A DNA stretch of 62,959 nucleotides, counting the filler. It is 4 parts of 4 records of this genome, joined end to end, with 100 filler letters (N's around TTAATTAATTAA, not from the genome) between each part and the next. Parts side by side here need not be neighbours in the genome. Positions count along the whole stretch, not along the records: positions 32,237 to 57,811 come from SRR2962707_4922; positions 57,912 to 62,959 come from SRR2962707_4942; 2 more parts are not named here. The stretch is one strand, 5' to 3'. How positions within the stretch are numbered: the stretch's first letter is position 1; each line of letters starts with the position of its first letter. Positions 48,621 to 61,357 of this stretch are shown piece after piece. A program made the position numbers and the translations under genes. The notes under the pieces are model-generated. The model did no database searches. It was given only the letters and a program-made list of their open reading frames with translations, and was not told the DNA's origin.

Positions 48621-50412
48621 AGAGGGGAGCAATCACCATTTCAGGCACCTTGACCAAACCCTTGTCGGTGATGCGGATTTCGGGAATGACCGACAGGGGG
48701 ATCAGGTTGAACCCCATATAGGGAATAGTGCACCCCACCGCTGACCAAGCGGTCTTGAGCGCCTGATTTTCGGCAGCAACTTCGTGCACCCGCTTGTCCG
48801 AAAGCAGACCGGCAACCGGCAGGCCGACAAAGGCAATAACCTTGCCATGCTGCACGACCACGATGCCGCCCTTGGCGGCCTCAATGGTATCAAGCGCGAG
48901 GGCCATGTCGGCCTCATTGCTGCCCGCAACAATAATGTTGTGGCTGTCGTGACCGACGCTGGAGCCGACGGCGCCATCCTTGATCCCGAAGTCGTGCAGC
49001 AGACCATGGGCCATGCCACCATCGGACTTGCCATGGCGCTCGATGACAGTGACAAAACTCAGGTTGTCGCGCTCGAGAATTGAGGCCCAGTCATTGGCCG
49101 GTGCGATGGCCACCTTGCGGTGCGGCAACACGATACCGGGCATTTCGATACCAATGGCATTGGCCACGACCGGGCCGCTTGGCAGGTCGGGCACCAGCTT
49201 GCGTGTCTTGGGCAGATGCACGGTGTTGTAGGCAGTCGCTGGATAGCGATAACGCTGGTTCAATGTCTCTTCGAGCACCGGTGCAACCTTGCGGTCATCG
49301 ACCATCAGTTCGCCGCCATACCAGGTGCTGATCGGTTTCATCTCGTCATCGAGCAAGACCAGATCGGCGCGGCGACCACCACCAAGCCCGCCAATTTCAT
49401 CGCCAAGCCCAAACCGCGTCGCACCATGCAGGGAGCCCATGGCCCAGGCCTGTTCCGGTTTCATGCCGCAGCGAATGGCTTCGCGCACCACCCAGTCCAG
49501 CCCGAAATTCAGCAGATCATCGGCATCGCGATCATCGGTGCAGAGGCAAAACCGCTTGTGACTGGCGCCCAGTTCGGTAATCGGCTTGATGGCCTCCACG
49601 ATCGAATTCCACGGCGTCGCCGGGTTGCCACCGCGCAGGAAGACCCAGATCCCGGCGTCGATAAGGTCGTCAGCGATGGCCCGGTCAACCGCCTCATGCG
49701 TGTCGGTGACACCAGCAGCAGCATAGGCCGGCACCAGTTCGCGACCATAGATGTGTCCCGAAACGGGCCGATTGCGCTTGAGAGCTTCCGCGATGATGGC
49801 ATGGCTGCGCGGATCGCCCATGGTCACGGGCACAAAATCCATCTTTTCGCCCAGAGCAAGCGCTTCGGGCCATTTGTCGAACAGGGCGCCAATCTTGGCA
49901 GGCGTCAGATCACCGCCGGCGGTTTCCAGCTCCGGCGAGGTTGCCGGTACGGTCGATGGCACCGTCAAGAAGATCGACAATGGCGCCATGCGGGCGTCCT
50001 CGAGCATGGCCTCGACGCCGGCGACGTCCATCACATTGCCGATTTCATGACTGTCACAGAAAATCGTCGTCGTGCCGTTGAGCAGGGCCGCTTCCGCATA
50101 GGCGCAGGCCGTTACCATCGAACTCTCGACGTGAATGTGTGGATCGACCAGGCCCGGCGCGATAGTGCCGCCCGTGGCGTCATAAACACGCTTGGGGGCA
50201 GGACCGCTTTTGTAAGCGCCTGCTGGCATCACCGCTGCGATGCGGCCATTGGCCACCCAGATTTCCCGCTCAGGCGCGATTCGCTCCGAATAGGTCGAAA
50301 GCGTTCTTGCGCCCGTGATCACCAGATCAGCCGGTGCGCGCCCACTGGCAACGGCGGCCAGGTGGATCGTGCTCTCATGCAAGGGGGCAACAGAGAAACG
50401 GGTGATGGTCAT
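48613..50412 (-). CDS. ade: Adenine deaminase family protein (paralogue 1)
   Basis: [33 protein letters not shown] and HDSHNI motifs. Confidence 0.9.
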   Translation of the reverse strand: MTITRFSVAPLHESTIHLAAVASGRAPADLVITGARTLSTYSERIAPEREIWVANGRIAAVMPAGAYKSGPAPKRVYDATGGTIAPGLVDPHIHVESSMVTACAYAEAALLNGTTTIFCDSHEIGNVMDVAGVEAMLEDARMAPLSIFLTVPSTVPATSPELETAGGDLTPAKIGALFDKWPEALALGEKMDFVPVTMGDPRSHAIIAEALKRNRPVSGHIYGRELVPAYAAAGVTDTHEAVDRAIADDLIDAGIWVFLRGGNPATPWNSIVEAIKPITELGASHKRFCLCTDDRDADDLLNFGLDWVVREAIRCGMKPEQAWAMGSLHGATRFGLGDEIGGLGGGRRADLVLLDDEMKPISTWYGGELMVDDRKVAPVLEETLNQRYRYPATAYNTVHLPKTRKLVPDLPSGPVVANAIGIEMPGIVLPHRKVAIAPANDWASILERDNLSFVTVIERHGKSDGGMAHGLLHDFGIKDGAVGSSVGHDSHNIIVAGSNEADMALALDTIEAAKGGIVVVQHGKVIAFVGLPVAGLLSDKRVHEVAAENQALKTAWSAVGCTIPYMGFNLIPLSVIPEIRITDKGLVKVPEMVIAPLYD

Positions 50413-51800
50413 GCTGGCGTCTCCGAGAAAGCCGACAGGATCCGGACCCAGGACCGGATGCCCTTGTGAAAGCTCGACAGGTCGTATTTTTCATTGGGGC
50501 TGTGGATGCGGTTGTCGAACCGCGCAAAGCCGACCAGCAGCGAATCCATGCCCAATCGCCGCTTGAACTCGCCCAGAATGGGGATTGATCCGCCGGTTCC
50601 GGCCAGTGCGGCTTCCCGCTCCCATTCGATCGAGAGCGCGTCCCTGGCCTTGTTCAGCAGCGTGCCATCAAGCGGCATGGCCTGGGCTGCGGCCGCGGCA
50701 TAGGCCTTGAAGGTCACGCTGCAATCTGGCGGCAGCAGGCTTTCAACAAAGGCGCGGAACAGGCCGCGGATGCGGTCGGGGTCCTGACCGTCAACCAGCC
50801 GAAAGCTCAGCTTCGCGCTTGCCCGGGCGGGGATTACCGTCTTGAACCCGTCGCCGGTATAGCCGCTCCAGACCCCATTGATCTCGCAGGTCGGTCGCGC
50901 CCACACCTGCTCCAACACGGATCGGCCCGCCTCACCGGCAGGCGCGGTCAGGCCGACATCGGCAAGAAATTTCTGGGCGTCGAAGGGCAGCGAGGCCCAT
51001 TGCTCGCGCATCACCTCCGGCAATTCGGTGACGTCGTCATAAAAACCGGGAATACCGACGCTGCCATCATCGAGACGCAGCTTGCCGATGATCGTGCCCA
51101 TCACCTGTGCCGCATTGCGCGCGGCACTGCCGAACATGCCGGAGTGTAAATCGCGATCGCCGCAGACGATCTCGAACTCCTCACTGACAAAGCCGCGCCA
51201 CATGGTGGTGATGGCGGGGGTATCATGGTCCCACATATCGGTGTCGCACACCAACATGATGTCGGCCCGCAATTCGTCGCCATACGCATCAAGGAAGGGC
51301 GCAAGGCTTGGACTACCGGCTTCCTCCTCGCCCTCGAACAGCATCGATATCTGGATCGGCAAACTGCCGGTTACGTTTTTCCAAGCGCGACAGGCTTCGA
51401 TGAAGGTCAGCAACTGGCCTTTGTCATCCGAGGCGCCGCGACCCAGAATGTGGGTTTCCCCATCCGGCTGAGGCACCAGCTTGGGTTCGAAGGGCGGGTT
51501 GGTCCACAACTCGAGCGGGTCGACCGGCTGCACATCGTAGTGACCATAAAACAGCACATGGGGCCCAGGCATGCCGGGGCCATGACCCACCACCATGGGG
51601 TGCCCCGTCGTATTGCGCACCGAGGCATCCATGCCCAGCGCGCTCAATTCGGCGGCCAACCATTCGGCAGCGCGCCGGCAGTCGGGTGCAAAGGCCGCTT
51701 CGGTTGAAATCGAGGGGATGGCAATCAGCTCAAACAAGCGATCCAGACTGGCGTCCAGACTCGCATCGACATGGCTCAGAATTGCGTCCAGCTGGCTCAC
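50409..51800 (-). CDS. M20 dipeptidase (ArgE/DapE/CNDP-like)
   Basis: [28 protein letters not shown] and HSPNE motifs. Confidence 0.92.
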   Translation of the reverse strand: MSQLDAILSHVDASLDASLDRLFELIAIPSISTEAAFAPDCRRAAEWLAAELSALGMDASVRNTTGHPMVVGHGPGMPGPHVLFYGHYDVQPVDPLELWTNPPFEPKLVPQPDGETHILGRGASDDKGQLLTFIEACRAWKNVTGSLPIQISMLFEGEEEAGSPSLAPFLDAYGDELRADIMLVCDTDMWDHDTPAITTMWRGFVSEEFEIVCGDRDLHSGMFGSAARNAAQVMGTIIGKLRLDDGSVGIPGFYDDVTELPEVMREQWASLPFDAQKFLADVGLTAPAGEAGRSVLEQVWARPTCEINGVWSGYTGDGFKTVIPARASAKLSFRLVDGQDPDRIRGLFRAFVESLLPPDCSVTFKAYAAAAAQAMPLDGTLLNKARDALSIEWEREAALAGTGGSIPILGEFKRRLGMDSLLVGFARFDNRIHSPNEKYDLSSFHKGIRSWVRILSAFSETPA

Positions 51801-53122
51801 ATCGGTTCTCCATCTATGCGCGTCATTTCGGCCTTGAAGGTCTGGGCAATCCGCATGGCATCACGCAGGATCTTCTTGGGCTCGAGCGTTTGCACGGCGC
51901 CGTCACGCTTGAGCCAGCGACCTGCGACCATCACGTCGCGGACATCGCTGGGGCCGGCGGCAAATACCAGCACGGCGTATGGATCGTAGATGGGCTGCAG
52001 GCGGGGGGAAGCCAGACTGATGCGGATCAGATCTGCCTGTTTGCCGGGCTCAACAGAGCCGGTCTGCCGATCCAGACCCAGCACGCGCGCTCCCTCAATT
52101 GTCGCCATGCGAATGACATCGCCGGCGGGAAGCGGTTTGCGCGAGCCGGCCAGCAGTTTGGCGAACATGGAAACCGGCGCGAACTGGGCAAACAGGTCCA
52201 GCGTATTGCCGCTCATCGGCCCATCGGTGCCAATGCCAACCGGTATGCCGGCCCGGCGCATGGCTTCTACCGGGGCGATACCACGGCCCGCCTTCCCATT
52301 GGACCGTGGGTTGGTGGCTGCGCCGACCCCGGCCTGCACCATCATCGCGATGTCTTCATCGCTCAGATGCAGGCAGTGGGCGGCAATCAGGCCCTGCTTG
52401 AGCAGTCCGGCCTGATGCACCACCGCGACGGTGGAGCAGCCGTGTTTCTCCCGCGCCCAGTCCACTTCAAGCTGGCTTTCGGCGAGGTGGATCTGCACTG
52501 GCACCGTGGAATGCTCAGCGGACCATTGCGCGATGCGGGACATTGCGTCCAGGCCGGTGGAATAGGGAGCGTGAGGGGCGATCGACGCGCTCACCAGCGG
52601 ATGGTCGGCGAAGGTCTCGGCCAGTTCCTCGGTCAGCGCAAAGCCGCGGTCAAAGTCCTTGTGATCGGGCGCGTCAAAATCGGCGAGCGTTTGACCAACA
52701 ATGGCGCGCAGACCCGATTGCGCGACGACGTGCCCCACTTCGGTTTCGAAATAATACATGTCAGCGACGCTGGTCACGCCGGCCTCGATCATCTCCAGAG
52801 CAGACAGCGCCGAGCCCACCCGAACCATTTCCGCGGTAACGAACTTGCGCTCCAGCGGCAGGATATAGCGATAGAGCCGGTCATCGACATCTTCGGCCAG
52901 ACCGCGGAATACCGACATGCCCATGTGGCAGTGGGTATTGATCATGCCGGGCATGACAATGTCTCCGCCACAATCGACGAGTTCTGCGCCTGCGACTTGG
53001 GGTGCCGCGCCGGAGCCGACGGCCTTGATCATGTCACCCTCGACATGCACCCAGCCATTGGCATGCGCGACCATGGCCGGGTCCATGGTCAGCACCCATG
53101 CATTGGTGAACAGCGTGCTCAT
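51797..53122 (-). CDS. MtaD/SsnA-like amidohydrolase (nucleoside deaminase family)
   Basis: NTHCH, PHAPY, HLAE, AAHC, NPRSN and GTDG motifs all intact. Confidence 0.88.
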   Translation of the reverse strand: MSTLFTNAWVLTMDPAMVAHANGWVHVEGDMIKAVGSGAAPQVAGAELVDCGGDIVMPGMINTHCHMGMSVFRGLAEDVDDRLYRYILPLERKFVTAEMVRVGSALSALEMIEAGVTSVADMYYFETEVGHVVAQSGLRAIVGQTLADFDAPDHKDFDRGFALTEELAETFADHPLVSASIAPHAPYSTGLDAMSRIAQWSAEHSTVPVQIHLAESQLEVDWAREKHGCSTVAVVHQAGLLKQGLIAAHCLHLSDEDIAMMVQAGVGAATNPRSNGKAGRGIAPVEAMRRAGIPVGIGTDGPMSGNTLDLFAQFAPVSMFAKLLAGSRKPLPAGDVIRMATIEGARVLGLDRQTGSVEPGKQADLIRISLASPRLQPIYDPYAVLVFAAGPSDVRDVMVAGRWLKRDGAVQTLEPKKILRDAMRIAQTFKAEMTRIDGEPM

Positions 53123-54180
53123 TCCGGCGCGAGAATGGTGCATTGTTCGGGTACTGGCACCAGCTTTGCCGTGGCGCCCGGTTCCAGCGGCCGGGTGAGT
53201 GGTCCATTGGCAAGCAGCGCGCCTGCCGGCGTATCACACTGGTATTGATAGGCTCGACCCAGATAGGTGCGCAGCCCCAGTGTCGTGGGAATACCTGCTA
53301 TGGCCGGATCATCTGACACCAGCAGCCCATCGGCACGGCAGGCCAGAACGAAGCTGTCAGGAATCACACCGAACTGCTCAGGCGACAGCGAGAGCGCCAC
53401 GCCGCCGTCCGTTTCAGCGGTGATCCTGGCGCCGTCGCGCGACAGCACGCGCATGGGGATGAGGTTTTCGAAGCCCACAAAACGGGCGACGAAGGCATTG
53501 GCTGGTTTCTGGTAGAGCTGCTCAGGCGTATCGAGCTGCATGATCCGGCCCTGATGCATGATGGCGACGCGATCGGAAATCGAGAATGCCTCTTCCTGAT
53601 CATGCGTGACATAGACCGAGGTGGTGCCATTGGCGCGCTGTAGCTTGCGGATTTCCACCCGCATATCAACGCGCAATTTGGCATCGAGATTGGACAGGGG
53701 CTCATCAAACATCAGCAGGGGCGGCTCGATGACGAGAGCGCGCGCCAGGGCAACCCGCTGCTTTTGACCGCCCGAAAGCGCTCCGGGCAGCCGCGCGGCC
53801 AGATGAGCCAATCCGACCCGATCCAGCATGGCGTCGACACGCCGGGTCCTTTCTGTCCCCGAGATGCCGCGCTGTTTCAGGCCGAACCCGACATTGTCAG
53901 CAACCGACAGATGCGGGAACAGCGCATAGTTCTGGAACACCAGGCCAATATCGCGCTGATGCGAGGGCAGCCGGGTCAGATCCCGGCCACCCAGCGTGAT
54001 GTTGCCCGATGTGGGCTGCAAGAAGCCGGCGATGAGCCGCAGCGTGGTGGTCTTGCCGCAGCCGCTGGCGCCGAGCAGTGACACCAGTTCGCCTTCCGCA
54101 ACGTCGAGCGACAGGTTCTCCAGCACCTGGGTGGTGCCGTAATGAGCGGAGATGGACTGCAGTGAGAGTGCCTGGGTCAT
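53119..54180 (-). CDS. PotA-like ABC ATPase
   Basis: GASGCGKTT, FQNYALFPH, LSGGQKQR and DEPLSNLDAKLR motifs. Confidence 0.93.
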   Translation of the reverse strand: MTQALSLQSISAHYGTTQVLENLSLDVAEGELVSLLGASGCGKTTTLRLIAGFLQPTSGNITLGGRDLTRLPSHQRDIGLVFQNYALFPHLSVADNVGFGLKQRGISGTERTRRVDAMLDRVGLAHLAARLPGALSGGQKQRVALARALVIEPPLLMFDEPLSNLDAKLRVDMRVEIRKLQRANGTTSVYVTHDQEEAFSISDRVAIMHQGRIMQLDTPEQLYQKPANAFVARFVGFENLIPMRVLSRDGARITAETDGGVALSLSPEQFGVIPDSFVLACRADGLLVSDDPAIAGIPTTLGLRTYLGRAYQYQCDTPAGALLANGPLTRPLEPGATAKLVPVPEQCTILAPE

Positions 54181-54185
54181 GAATT

Positions 54186-54974
54186 CTACTTGGCTAGGAA
54201 TGTGAGGCCGAGCGTGCGCTCGACAATGGCCATAACGGCAACGGTAAGCAGCATCAGCAGCACCGAAACCGAGGCGACAGTGGGATCAAAAAACTGCTCC
54301 ATATGCGCCAGCAGCTGGATCGGGAGCGTTGATAGTCCTGGCCCGGTCAGAAAGATCGAGATCGACACATCATTGATCGAGGTAATGAAGGCGAGGATGA
54401 ACGCCGCGATGACGCCCGAGCGGACATTGGGCAGCAGGATTGTGAAGAAGGTCTTGAGCGGCGGGGAGCCGAGGCTGATCGCCGCTTCTTCTATCGAAAA
54501 ATCGAAGGATGCCAGGGACGCGCTGATCACCCGCACGACATAGGGGAGAACCAGCAGGGAATGGCCAAACAGCAGGGCCAGATAAATCGGTGTATCAAGT
54601 TGCACCGCGAGGTTCTTGAGCAGCGAAAAGCCCAGCACAAGTTCCGGTACCAGCACCGGTAGAACGAACAGCGTCGACAACCAGCCGGGCAATTGTATGC
54701 GGTGTCGATTGAGTGCGTAGGCCGCCGGAATACCAATGATCAACGCGATCACGGTGGACAGCACAGCTGTCTGCAGGCTGGTTACCATCGTGCGTCGAAA
54801 GGCGCTAATGGCGAAAATGTTCTCGAACCAGTGCAGGGTCAGGCCCTGCGGCGGAAACGTCAGATAGCTGGTGTCGCTGAGGGCCGCACCAAACACGATG
54901 ATCAGTGGGCCAACCAGAAAGATGAATACCAGCGTGGTCGCAGCAATCAGCAGGGGATGAATGTTCCGGGTCAT
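54186..54974 (-). CDS. PotC-like ABC permease
   Basis: FPPQG.TL.WF and the EAA loop IEEAAISLG. Confidence 0.9.
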   Translation of the reverse strand: MTRNIHPLLIAATTLVFIFLVGPLIIVFGAALSDTSYLTFPPQGLTLHWFENIFAISAFRRTMVTSLQTAVLSTVIALIIGIPAAYALNRHRIQLPGWLSTLFVLPVLVPELVLGFSLLKNLAVQLDTPIYLALLFGHSLLVLPYVVRVISASLASFDFSIEEAAISLGSPPLKTFFTILLPNVRSGVIAAFILAFITSINDVSISIFLTGPGLSTLPIQLLAHMEQFFDPTVASVSVLLMLLTVAVMAIVERTLGLTFLAK

Positions 54975-55798
54975 CAGACAGCCATGGGGTTGAGGTGGCG
55001 GGCCAGCCGGGTCATCACCAGCACGATGGCGATCGTGATCACCACCATGACCGCGGCAATGGTAGAGGCCGCGACCCAGTCAAAGGTGACCATGGCCTGC
55101 TGATACATCAGCGTGCCCATCATCATGACCTGTTCGCCGCCCAGCAATTGCGGTGTCGCATAGGAGGTAAAGCTGCCTGTGAACACCAGCACTGCGCCAA
55201 CGATCAACCCTGGGACGGCGAGCGGCAACGTCACCTGCATGAAGGTCGCTATCGGCTTGGCGCCGAGCGAGGATGATGCCTGAATCAGGTCCTCAGGAAT
55301 GGATTCCAGCACACCCACCAGCGTCAGGATCATCAGCGGCACAAATAGATAGACCATGGCCACGATAACGGCGCCTTGCGTGTAGAGCATGGAGAAGGGT
55401 TCGCTGATCAGGCCCAGATTGAGCAGGGTCGAATTCAGAATTCCGTTCTTGCCCAGAATGATAAGCCAGGCAAAGGAACGAACCACAACGCCGGTGAGCA
55501 GCGGGAACACCGCCGCAACAATCAGAATGGATTTCAGCCAGCCCGGCGCGCGCGAGACCACATAGGCGGTCACGAAGCCGATCATCAGGGCAATGGCGGT
55601 CGTAATCAGCGAGATCTGGATCGTGCGTACCAACACCGTGCGGCGAAACCCGCTGCCAAAAAACGACACATAGGTAGCGAACGGACCGGCGGGCGTGGTG
55701 AATGTGGTTGCGATGGTCGCCAGGACCGGCAGCACGAGGAAAACCACGACCAGCGCGGTCGCGGGAGAGGCCAGTGTCCAGCCTGCGAAGCGTTTCAT
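54974..55798 (-). CDS. PotB-like ABC permease
   Basis: VVRSFAW...LG.NG..N, A..LGA and TP.LLGG motifs. Confidence 0.9.
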   Translation of the reverse strand: MKRFAGWTLASPATALVVVFLVLPVLATIATTFTTPAGPFATYVSFFGSGFRRTVLVRTIQISLITTAIALMIGFVTAYVVSRAPGWLKSILIVAAVFPLLTGVVVRSFAWLIILGKNGILNSTLLNLGLISEPFSMLYTQGAVIVAMVYLFVPLMILTLVGVLESIPEDLIQASSSLGAKPIATFMQVTLPLAVPGLIVGAVLVFTGSFTSYATPQLLGGEQVMMMGTLMYQQAMVTFDWVAASTIAAVMVVITIAIVLVMTRLARHLNPMAV

Positions 55799-55829
55799 AA
55801 GGGGTAGCCTTGCGCCGAAGCGAGTAGGG

Positions 55830-55853
55830 GCGGGGTGGGCCTGACCACCCCGC
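55830..55853. terminator. Intercistronic stem-loop after the PotD-like SBP gene
   Basis: GCGGGGTGG-GCCTGA-CCACCCCGC, a perfect 9-bp stem. Confidence 0.6.
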
Positions 55854-55862
55854 GGAAGCGGT

Positions 55863-56897
55863 TTACATGCCGAAGATTTCGTTCCAGCGATCAACCCAGC
55901 CGCCCTTGGCAGCATTCATCTTGACGTAGTCCACGCGCTGCAGGCCGGCCACAACGTCGGCACCATAAGTCCACAGGGCAGCCTGTTCCGGGGTCAAGGT
56001 TACCGAAGTGTTCACCGGCGCATCGACACCCTGCTCGGCCAGCTGCTGCTGGATTTCAGGAGAAAGGATGAAGTTGATGAATTCATAGGCCAATTCGGGT
56101 TCAGCGGCGCCGACCGGAATGTTGACTGTGTTCAGGGTTGCGATCGAGCCTTCGGCGAGATCAGCCCAGACCACGGTGGGAACAGCCGCCTGAATCTGGG
56201 CCAGGGTGAAATCCTGCGCGATGGCGGCGTTGACTTCTCCGGTCGAGAACAGATTGATCATCTCCGAGCCGGTATTGTAATTCTTGACCACATTGGGCCG
56301 GAGCGCAGCAACGCTGTCGAATGCGGCATCGGCGTCAACAAAGGCATCAACGCCCACGTGATCGCCGGCCTTCATCACCACCATTGGGCCGGCCGTGGTT
56401 GTGATGCCGGGCAGTGACAGCGATGAGGCCAGGTCGTCGCGCCATAGATCGTCCCACGAGGTGATAGGCGCAGAGACCTTGCTGCTGTCATAGACAATGC
56501 CGACGCGGCCGATCGAATAGGCCGGGCCATAGCCGCCCTGTGGATCCTGGGCCAGTTCATAGCTGCCGGCCAGATTTGGCAATTTGGATGCGTCGATCTT
56601 CTGGAACAGCCCGGCTTCAATGCCCTGCTGGCTGTAGCTGTCGCTGAAATAGGCCACGTCAACGCCGCCGCCATTGCGAATTTGAATCTTGTTCAGGCGT
56701 TCGCCGTTGTTACCGGTTTCAAACACCACCTCGCAGCCGCACATCTCGCGGAAGGGCGCGACGATGATCGTTTCGAGCTTTTCGCCGTTGAAACCCCACC
56801 ACGAAATCGTCAGCGTCTTGTCCTGCGCCATTGTTGGCGCGGCGGACAGCAGGGCGGCTGCGGAGACCGCCGCGGTGGTAATGAGGAACTTGTTCAT
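55863..56897 (-). CDS. PotD/PotF-like ABC substrate-binding protein
   Basis: Signal peptide; SWDDLW, FINF.LSPE.Q and DRWNE motifs; AAGGA RBS. Confidence 0.88.
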   Translation of the reverse strand: MNKFLITTAAVSAAALLSAAPTMAQDKTLTISWWGFNGEKLETIIVAPFREMCGCEVVFETGNNGERLNKIQIRNGGGVDVAYFSDSYSQQGIEAGLFQKIDASKLPNLAGSYELAQDPQGGYGPAYSIGRVGIVYDSSKVSAPITSWDDLWRDDLASSLSLPGITTTAGPMVVMKAGDHVGVDAFVDADAAFDSVAALRPNVVKNYNTGSEMINLFSTGEVNAAIAQDFTLAQIQAAVPTVVWADLAEGSIATLNTVNIPVGAAEPELAYEFINFILSPEIQQQLAEQGVDAPVNTSVTLTPEQAALWTYGADVVAGLQRVDYVKMNAAKGGWVDRWNEIFGM

Positions 56898-57213
56898 TGA
56901 CGGCATCCTTATGATTTTTTCCTAGGCGAAATCGGCGACACATCTGATATCAGACATTTCGGGAGCAAGCCTATTTTTTCAGCGATGTCGGTGCAAGCCT
57001 ATTATTTGCGCTAACCTGCTGGTGAAGCGGTTTAGTGGTGCCTTTGAGAGGTGATACGGCTGTGCATTCATCGAATTTGTACCGTCATCACGTACCGGTA
57101 TCACCCGCAGGGATGGGGCCCGAAACGGCCGGTCACCTCGCTTTGCACCAACCATGGCTTACCCCGTTATTGCCGTCCAAACGACGAACGAAGCGACCAG
57201 CGTTGCGCAATGT

Positions 57214-57810
57214 TTAGAAGACGAGGGGCTCATAAGTATTCAGTACGTTGCCTGAAGATGGCCATATCTGTGAGCTGACTAACCTTAGTGCTGCGGTCGG
57301 ACGGGTCTCGAACATGGGGGTACCTTCACCACCGATCAGCGGGAAAGTGGTCAACTGAAGCTCGTCAACCAGCCCTTGTGCTAGCAGATCCTGCCAAAGC
57401 AGCCGGCTTAGGATGATGAGGATGTCTTTTGTCTGGGTTTCCTTGAGTATCTTCAGTTCTGAGCTTGCCGCATGGCGGCTTATCACGCGCGTATTGGACC
57501 AAGGTTCGAGTTCGTCAACCGTTATCCGGTCCGACACTACCAGTTTGGGTTTGTTGGCGATGAGTTCGGCGTAACGAAGGCGCGCGGGGGTGGGCTCGGC
57601 GCTCGTCGGCACAGTTGTCCAATACGCCTTGTTACCAAGGAAGGCGGTGTGGCTCAAAAGCAAAAAGCCTGCGCTTTCCAAGATGTTTACGTTGTAGTCG
57701 TCAAACGCGTTGTCGCCGGCATAACTGGGATGTCGGAACTTGAATAGCGCCTCCAGGTCGTCATTTGGCCCGCTATAAAGTCCATCGATAGTGATGAAAT
57801 TGCTGACTAT
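57214..57810 (-). CDS. RibD C-terminal/DHFR-like reductase, 5'-truncated
   Basis: The frame extends to the contig edge ([10 protein letters not shown]...); PKLVVS and GLVDEL.L...P.IGG.G.P.F motifs. Confidence 0.85.
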   Translation of the reverse strand: MVSNFITIDGLYSGPNDDLEALFKFRHPSYAGDNAFDDYNVNILESAGFLLLSHTAFLGNKAYWTTVPTSAEPTPARLRYAELIANKPKLVVSDRITVDELEPWSNTRVISRHAASSELKILKETQTKDILIILSRLLWQDLLAQGLVDELQLTTFPLIGGEGTPMFETRPTAALRLVSSQIWPSSGNVLNTYEPLVF

Positions 57811-57811
57811 T

Positions 57812-57911
57812 NNNNNNNNNNNNNNNNNNNNNNNNNNNNNNNNNNNNNNNNNNNNTTAATTAATTAANNNNNNNNNNNNNNNNNNNNNNNNNNNNNNNNN
57901 NNNNNNNNNNN
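57812..57911. other. Artificial contig spacer
   Basis: N44-TTAATTAATTAA-N44. Confidence 0.99.
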
Positions 57912-60091
<2,180 letters not shown>

Positions 60092-60106
60092 CAGATATCG
60101 GCGCCC

Positions 60107-61276
60107 TCATGCAGAACAATGAACAAGGTCCCGACCGGTGCGCTGATAACCACCCGGGCAGGCATGGGCGAGGCCCTCAAGCTCCAGGATCAGTAGTGAC
60201 TGCAGCAACTGATCCGCGGGCAAACCCGTGGCAAGGCCCAGTGCATCGGTAGACTGCGGATCATACCCCAAAGCCTCGAATACCGCGATTTCCCGGCTGT
60301 CCAGAAACGACAGGTCTGACGAATTCTCCGTTGCTTCCGGTTCTGCGGGCTGCGCCTGCATGGACCACCAGGTACCCAGTTCTTCCATCACGTCGTCGGC
60401 GGTCTCCACCAGCCGGGCGCCCTGGCGAATCAGTTGGTGACAGCCCCGGGCCACCGGGCTGTGCACCGAACCGGGAATGGCAAACACCTCCCGCCCCTGC
60501 TCGAGGGCGGTTCGAGCCGTAATCAGTGAACCGCTCCGGAGGCTGGCCTCCACCACCAGAACACCCCGGGCGAGGCCACTGATAATGCGGTTACGCTGGG
60601 GGAAATAGGCGGCTCTGGCCTGGGTGCCCGGCGGGTACTCAGAAACAATCAAGCCGTTCTCAATGATGCGGTGGGCCAAGTTACGATGTTGGGCCGGATA
60701 CAACCGGTCGAGACCACAACCCACCACCGCCAGTGTCGGATAGCCAGCATCCAGGGCACCGGCGTGGGCGGCGCCATCTATTCCGAGGGCCAGACCGCTG
60801 GTGATCAGAAGCCCCCGCCGGCTGAGTTCGGCAGAAAACTGGCGGGCATGGTCCAGCCCCGCCCGGGTGGCGTTGCGACTGCCGACCACGCCCAGTTGGT
60901 CCCGTTGCAATAACTCAACGTTACCCAGGGTATAGAGCACCAGAGGGGCATTGTGGATATGGCGCAGGCATTCCGGGTAGGGCGACTGGCCCTGTCCGAG
61001 CACGCCAATACCCCTTTCCCGACATTGGCGATAGATATCCAGTGCCCGGGCAATGACGCCCTGGCTGAGATCCCCCGCCTGCCAGGCGACAATGGCCTCC
61101 ACGGCATCGCCGCCAAGCCCCATGGCGCGAAGCGTGGCAGCATTCAGGGGCAGGATGTCGGTGAGCGTATCAACAGAACCCAGAATCCGCTCCCTGAGGG
61201 GGATTCCGAACCGGGGCAGCAGTGACAGCAGCAGCCACTGGCCTGCCGGTGTTTGCAGAAATTCCTGATCTGACAT
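60107..61276 (-). CDS. dprA: DNA-processing protein DprA/Smf
   Basis: VVGSR, SGLALGID..AH, FPQRNRIISGL, VVEA...SGSLITA and GREVFAIPG motifs. Confidence 0.95.
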   Translation of the reverse strand: MSDQEFLQTPAGQWLLLSLLPRFGIPLRERILGSVDTLTDILPLNAATLRAMGLGGDAVEAIVAWQAGDLSQGVIARALDIYRQCRERGIGVLGQGQSPYPECLRHIHNAPLVLYTLGNVELLQRDQLGVVGSRNATRAGLDHARQFSAELSRRGLLITSGLALGIDGAAHAGALDAGYPTLAVVGCGLDRLYPAQHRNLAHRIIENGLIVSEYPPGTQARAAYFPQRNRIISGLARGVLVVEASLRSGSLITARTALEQGREVFAIPGSVHSPVARGCHQLIRQGARLVETADDVMEELGTWWSMQAQPAEPEATENSSDLSFLDSREIAVFEALGYDPQSTDALGLATGLPADQLLQSLLILELEGLAHACPGGYQRTGRDLVHCSA

Positions 61277-61298
61277 TTTCTCTTCCTTGAAAACAACA

Positions 61299-61324
61299 AT
61301 GGCCGGGCATTCCGGCCCGGCCAT
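61299..61324 (-). terminator. Rho-independent terminator-like hairpin after the LysM gene
   Basis: 10-bp stem ATGGCCGGGC/GCCCGGCCAT followed by TGTTGTTTT on the - strand. Confidence 0.7.
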
Positions 61325-61357
61325 GTCTTATTCCTTCAACTCATCAAACGCGCGGCC

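Noticed and set aside
55853-55866. Third LacI-like site CGGAAGCGGTTTAC
   Set aside because: Only a 10/14 match, overlapping a stop codon inside an operon; probably chance.
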